Made by a program: the position numbers and the translations under genes
The notes under the pieces: generated by a model
The model's database searches: none
What the model was told of the DNA's origin: nothing
What the model saw: only the letters and a program-made list of their open reading frames with translations
Shown: positions 45,262-45,847 of the stretch, piece after piece
Numbering within the stretch: position 1 is the first letter of the stretch
Layout: every line of letters begins with the position of its first letter
Source of the DNA: a virus
Lineage: Duplodnaviria; Caudoviricetes
Direction: 5' to 3' (one strand)
Virus record (IMG/VR): IMGVR_UViG_3300016656_000172
Coordinates: 1 to 45,847 of that record
Length of the DNA stretch: 45,847 nucleotides

Positions 45262-45565
45262 GCAGTCGCTGGTTTTCATGGAAGAGGTGGTCTCTCTGGT
45301 GCGCCACGTCCGCAAATCTTCCCCTTTCGCTCAGTAAGTCCCCCTCGGCGTACTGAAGCTTTGCCCTAAGGGAATTTCTCTCCTGGGTGAGCGCGTCATT
45401 GTCACGAACCAAGCCCTCAATATTTTCAAGTGCCCGATCGAGCTTGAGGGTGAGCGCTTCGAATTCGTTTTCGTACATCCTGAGCTGGTGCCGGCAGGTT
45501 TCGAGCGAAGTTGGGGTGCCGAGCCAATCGTCGGTGTCTTCTATATAAAGGGGCTTCACGGGCAT
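45233..45565 (-). CDS. Coiled-coil protein under probable SOS control
   Basis: LexA box 12 nt upstream of the ATG; heptad pattern. Confidence 0.75.
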   Translation of the reverse strand: MPVKPLYIEDTDDWLGTPTSLETCRHQLRMYENEFEALTLKLDRALENIEGLVRDNDALTQERNSLRAKLQYAEGDLLSERGRFADVAHQRDHLFHENQRLLRELRELKI

Positions 45566-45576
45566 GCCTTGCTGAT

Positions 45577-45596
45577 TACTGGTTGTATATACAGTA
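45577..45596. promoter_or_regulatory. LexA (SOS) box
   Basis: TACTG-GTTGTATATA-CAGTA, close to the gammaproteobacterial consensus. Confidence 0.88.
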
Positions 45597-45637
45597 ATCG
45601 AGGCGCTGCGGACGGGCGAGGGTGAGGCGACGAGCTG

Positions 45638-45847
45638 TCAGTCGGGCGCCATCAAAACCGCCAGGGTCATCTTGATGAACTCCTCGTTCTTGTCGATCGT
45701 CCAGAGTGCGCCGCGGACATTCTCGGCGACATCTGCCGACCCGCGCTGCTCGACCCAGTTGGACAGCTCCATGATGGCGGCTTCGAGGGCGAGCTGGTTT
45801 TCGTTGATCTTGAAGAGTAGGGAAGGGAGCAGGTCGGAGTTGGGCAT
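45638..45847 (-). CDS. Small hypothetical protein (69 aa)
   Basis: Intact ORF at the window edge with host-like codon usage. Confidence 0.65.
   Translation of the reverse strand: MPNSDLLPSLLFKINENQLALEAAIMELSNWVEQRGSADVAENVRGALWTIDKNEEFIKMTLAVLMAPD

Larger units (their letters stand above)
1..45847. mobile_element. Lambdoid siphovirus-type prophage (ends, att sites and integrase not in window)
   Basis: Canonical module order: recombination, cI/cro, replication, nin, Q, holin, terminase, head, lambda-like tail, lysis. Confidence 0.97.

Noticed and set aside
1-45847. CRISPR array, DGR, invertible tail cassette, integrase/att, IS element
   Set aside because: No repeat-spacer array, reverse transcriptase, recombinase, transposase or terminal direct repeat was seen.

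Overview
The whole window is a lambdoid (siphovirus-type) prophage, most likely from a fluorescent Pseudomonas. This is inferred from the GC-rich codon usage, the PrtR/CI-type repressor and the split lysis module. Gene order: leftward early operon (cupin-like protein, C5 DNA methyltransferase, YqaJ exonuclease, Bet recombinase, small proteins), immunity region (PL/OL, two accessory envelope genes, cI, OR/PR, cro), cII-like, BRO antirepressor, replication initiator and DnaC-like loader, nin region, Q, holin, terminase, portal, head, lambda-like tail (tube, chaperone frameshift, tape measure, M/L/K/I/J, fibre), then endolysin and Rz/Rz1. No integrase or att site is visible. The most notable observations are: (1) a cytosine methyltransferase apparently split between two fully overlapping reading frames that start 4 nt apart behind one Shine-Dalgarno; the hidden frame carries motif IX and three tandem [W/L]PTP modules that may be target-recognition cassettes; (2) a ~195-nt, densely paired and probably pseudoknotted non-coding segment in the late leader after Q; (3) a dispersed CGCGACACG-N17-19-CGTGTCGCG inverted repeat in three modules; (4) several AT-rich accessory genes that are defence or exclusion candidates; (5) an HNH-AP2 endonuclease that seems to have replaced the 3' end of ninG. 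All family calls come from motif recognition by eye, and no database searches were run.
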